The position numbers were made by a program, and so were the translations under genes. A stretch of 38,840 bases of DNA, from NCBI GenBank assembly GCA_020536535.1, contig JAHLWZ010000025.1, forward strand, positions 1 to 38,840, written 5' to 3'. Source of the stretch: Pelomyxa schiedti (taxonomy: Eukaryota > Protista > Evosea). Shown here piece after piece: positions 35,530 to 38,840 of the stretch (positions are counted from its first letter, which is position 1; each line of letters begins with the position of its first letter). Below the pieces are notes generated by a model. That model was not told where the DNA came from, ran no database searches, and worked only from the letters and a program-made list of their open reading frames with translations.

Positions 35530-37201
35530 ACGGGGGGGCAAGTCAAATGAGAAAAACAGAATTTTTTAGTGAGCAAGGCAGGGTGAAGCGGCCCGATTTT
35601 GCCGGGATTTGTTGATGTTTTGTGCCGCGGGGTGGTTGGCGCGGCGCCGCGGCGCCAGCGCGGCGTGTGTGTTCGTTGAATCGGGTCTCGCCGCGGCTGC
35701 GCGGCCTTGACATAAATGGCATGTTTGGGGTTGTGGAGACTGTGCAGTGACTTGCCTCTTTGTTTATCTCCACTACCATCAAAAAAATCGCTGCTACGAG
35801 GGGAGACCATGCCACCAGTGGCGTGAAGAGGAACAAGCGGACCCGCCTTGTCTCTTCCATCACGTCGTTCCATCTAATATTAATTGTTTTATTTCTGAAT
35901 CAATTAAATTAATTTATATATCTATTAAATATTTAATATATATTTTATTTATTAATTATTTATTATTAATTTAATTAAAAGTAATTTTTTACGCATTTAC
36001 GCCTTGTAATAAGGCCTACAGCATTGCTGCACCCCTTTAATGTATTTCCGAGCCTTCCACTGGTATGTGGCTTCTGGCTTCTTGTTTCTTTGTTTTCTTT
36101 TTCCCATAGCGCTGGGACACTGGTATGCTTTTTTTTTTTTTTTTTTACACTTAGGTGGTCAACTTGCCTGCCGCTGCTGACATGACAACCACCGATGTAC
36201 ATCCTTCTCCTTTTTTGTAATTGCTGAACAGTTGTAGGTACCGGACTGACCAGCCCCAACTTCCCTACTCTCCCGCTTTTCCGCTTTCCAACTACCACAC
36301 TTTACTGTGACGGGTGCACAACCAAATTTCCCTTCTTACTCTTTCACTCTCATGCGTACCCACAACGCCCACTTCTCTCCAAAATGTGGATTTAAAAAAA
36401 GGTGGCACGATTTTGTATCCAAGGACTTAAGGGTGGAAAACTTTTTTTTTTTGCCTGAAGTCGATTTCGACTCCAGGCTTGTACATAGAGGTGTGAGGTG
36501 AGGATGGGGAGTGGTGCCCATTCTGGTACCTAGTACGTTGAGTGGGGTGACGAGGGAGGAGGGATGAGCGTTGGCGGTTGCCATCTCGGCAGCTGGCGCA
36601 GCTGTAAAAAAAAAAAAAAGAACCATACCACGTGCCAGTATAATAAAATACAGAAGGAAGTTACCTAGCCAGCTGGGATTACAGACACCGCGTCCAGCAC
36701 CTAAATTATCCTACGTGAGAAAACGAAGAAAGAAGAAGCCACATACTGGTGGAAAGCTACCGTAAATACTGGTGTAATGCGGAGACTTCTAATACAGGGT
36801 GAATGGAAAAAAGAACTGGAGGCGTAATTATACTTATTTAATAATTTTAAACTTAATTATTAAATAATAATTAATAATTTTACTTAATAATAAAGAAGTT
36901 AATACATTATAATTATTTAAAAATAAATTCGTTAAATAATAAAATTCAAAACACAATATTTATCCGATAAATAAAATAATAACAAGTTGTGGCGAAGAAG
37001 ACAACCAAAAGCAAATGGGTTCTGCTTGTCCACTGCTTGTTCCTCTTCACGCCGCTGGCGGCATGGCCTCCCCTCGTCGATTTTTTTTGTGGTTCTTGCG
37101 ATAATCAAAAGACACAAGCCACTGAACAATCACCAAAACCCATTTATGTCAAGGCCGCGCAGCCGCGGCGAGACCCGATTCAACGAACACACACGCCGCG
37201 C
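35530..37201. mobile_element. Non-autonomous foldback / long-TIR element (right end cut by gap)
   Basis: 35658-35719 is the perfect reverse complement of 37140-37201; degenerate inverted similarity continues inward for ~600 bp per arm; no credible ORF. Left boundary approximate. Confidence 0.75.
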
Positions 37202-37301
37202 NNNNNNNNNNNNNNNNNNNNNNNNNNNNNNNNNNNNNNNNNNNNNNNNNNNNNNNNNNNNNNNNNNNNNNNNNNNNNNNNNNNNNNNNNNNNNNNNNNN
37301 N

Positions 37302-38538
37302 AGGTATTTAGCAAACAAAAGGACTACCTAGAGCAGGGCCTTCAGGGAAGCTAGTTGGACAATTGGTTCCGCAGCTCGTTAGAATTCCGTGTAGGCACTC
37401 AGTCCACCTGCATAGTTGTTGGGATTCAAGCAAGCGATGAGGGCAATTACCAGTCATAGGCTGGGATTCCTAGGTGACTAATTGGTGGGGCAGAATTAAC
37501 CATTTGACCCATTTTTTCTTCAAGTGTCTGTGCTGGGTTAGCAATGCCCTTAAACATATTTCTCACCATTCTGCTTATGAGATCATCCACACGCTGCCCA
37601 ACAGGAAGATAAGGATTGCAGTAGGTGTAAGTATTGAGGGGTGCATCTTGACATGTTGGAACAGGTTCCATTCCAACTCTCAAACACAGTCCACTCCATT
37701 TGCTGATAAAGAAGTTATTTGTTGCATCGTAGTGCCACTGCAAAGGTTTTAATGCCGGGTAGGAGTGGGCATCTTGTAACCAATTGGTTGTCTTGAGCAT
37801 TATAGGTCCATTGCCAGACAAGAGAACCATCAGATGCTCCCCAGTTCGATATATCAACACATTTGCCATCCATCTAAACCGAATTACACGAAATATTGTC
37901 TGAAAAAACAAACCTTGCTTAGGATAGGAGCCCACTGAGAAGTAGTATCAAATGTCCACTGCTGATTCTCTGGCCTGTGCGTGATTACAATGTCACTCTC
38001 AAAGGGGAAAAAGTGTACTGAGAATCTGGGTGGCACGTATATATCCACTGAGTTTTCAGTTACTGAAGGACATTTTTTATTTTTCTTTTTAACATACAAT
38101 TGTAGCACCGTCAGATGTGGACCATGCCTCAATATCTAGGCACTTGTCATCTGCCTACAGAACATGTGTGATTTGGAATTTAATACTAATACTCCAAAGT
38201 GGAAATGACCTTGCTCCTGATGTTAAATGAACCGTCGTCCGCAATATAGAACTTCTGTTGCACATCACTGGAGTTGCACTCGAATGCTGTGGACATAAGA
38301 AAGTCAGCCAAAATCGCAAGATCTTCGATTGCCAACAAAATGAAAAGAAACTGCACCATACAAATAAACGGTATAACTTAGTTAATACATTAATGTTAAC
38401 AAACAACGAAAACACACTGTAAATAAGTGTGCCGTCAGAACTACGAGGTACCCATTTCTTCCCACGGGCCTCAACACCCACAATTACTATCAGCAACAAC
38501 AGTAACGCAACAACAAAAGACTCTCGACGTCCCGGCAT
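37302..38538 (-). CDS. Ricin-B/GH3 gene, 5' part (partial copy)
   Basis: ATG at 38538 (MPGRRES...), same exons as 28752-29990, cut by gap. Confidence 0.9.
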
Positions 38539-38774
38539 TCCCCGCTCGCTGTGCCTCTTCACTCCCGTAGCGGTTTTTTTTTTGGGTTTAGTTGAATGCA
38601 GCCTCGATCGCGCATCTAGTCGCAATCTGGCTGACTCCCACTATTGCGAGCGAACGGCGTGCCTGCGCGTGTTATTCCTCCATGTGAATCCCGAGAATTT
38701 CTTCGGAACAGAATGTCTCAATGAAACACCGCTTCAGGAACCAAACGAAACCAACACGAATTCGAGACGATACG

Positions 38775-38840
38775 ATGGCGTCTACGTCCGGGACGAGTGG
38801 TGCAGCTGTCGTTGTTGACGTTCCCCAGTGGTTGTCGGCA
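38775..38840 (+). CDS. MAP kinase phosphatase, 5' end of second copy
   Basis: MASTSGTSGAAVVVDVPQWLSA identical to the gene at 30232. Confidence 0.85.
   Translation, partial: MASTSGTSGAAVVVDVPQWLSA

Larger units (their letters stand above)
37302..38840 (+). repeat. Near-identical duplicate of 28752-30297
   Basis: Begins aggtatttagcaaacaaaa right after gap and matches to window end with scattered SNPs/indels. Confidence 0.97.

Noticed and set aside
35355-37354. Short ORFs inside the foldback element as a transposase
   Set aside because: No DDE or DNA-binding motifs; the shared peptide SRPRSRGETRFNEHTRR merely reflects the inverted repeat.
1-38840. CRISPR arrays, tRNA/rRNA, prokaryotic operons
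   Set aside because: None recognisable by eye; the sequence is intron-rich eukaryotic DNA.

Overview
Gene-dense eukaryotic scaffold with many short (mostly ~35-60 nt) spliceosomal introns and four 100-N gaps, so most ORF-track entries are exon fragments or noise. The style (compact genes, short introns with degenerate GT donors, low-complexity proteins) suggests an amoebozoan protist, possibly an archamoeba such as Pelomyxa; this is inference only. Manual splicing gives: a coiled-coil/Pro-Ser-rich gene (2 copies), a ricin-B-lectin + GH3 beta-xylosidase-type gene (one full copy, two complementary half copies), an atypical Ras/Rho GTPase lacking DxxG, a sphingosine kinase, a disordered membrane-anchored protein whose frame opens far upstream of the first ATG, a stand-alone RPA1 DBD-C protein, two tandem F-box paralogs each with a frame problem, a helical-repeat protein, a coiled-coil protein, an intronless frameshifted glycosyltransferase-like gene, a MAP-kinase phosphatase, U2AF35 (with a candidate 9-nt poison microexon) and an ankyrin/PINK1-like kinase. 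Non-coding highlights are a TA-flanked ~160 bp MITE and a ~1.55 kb foldback element whose arms pair over most of its length. All gene models were spliced by eye and are unverified.
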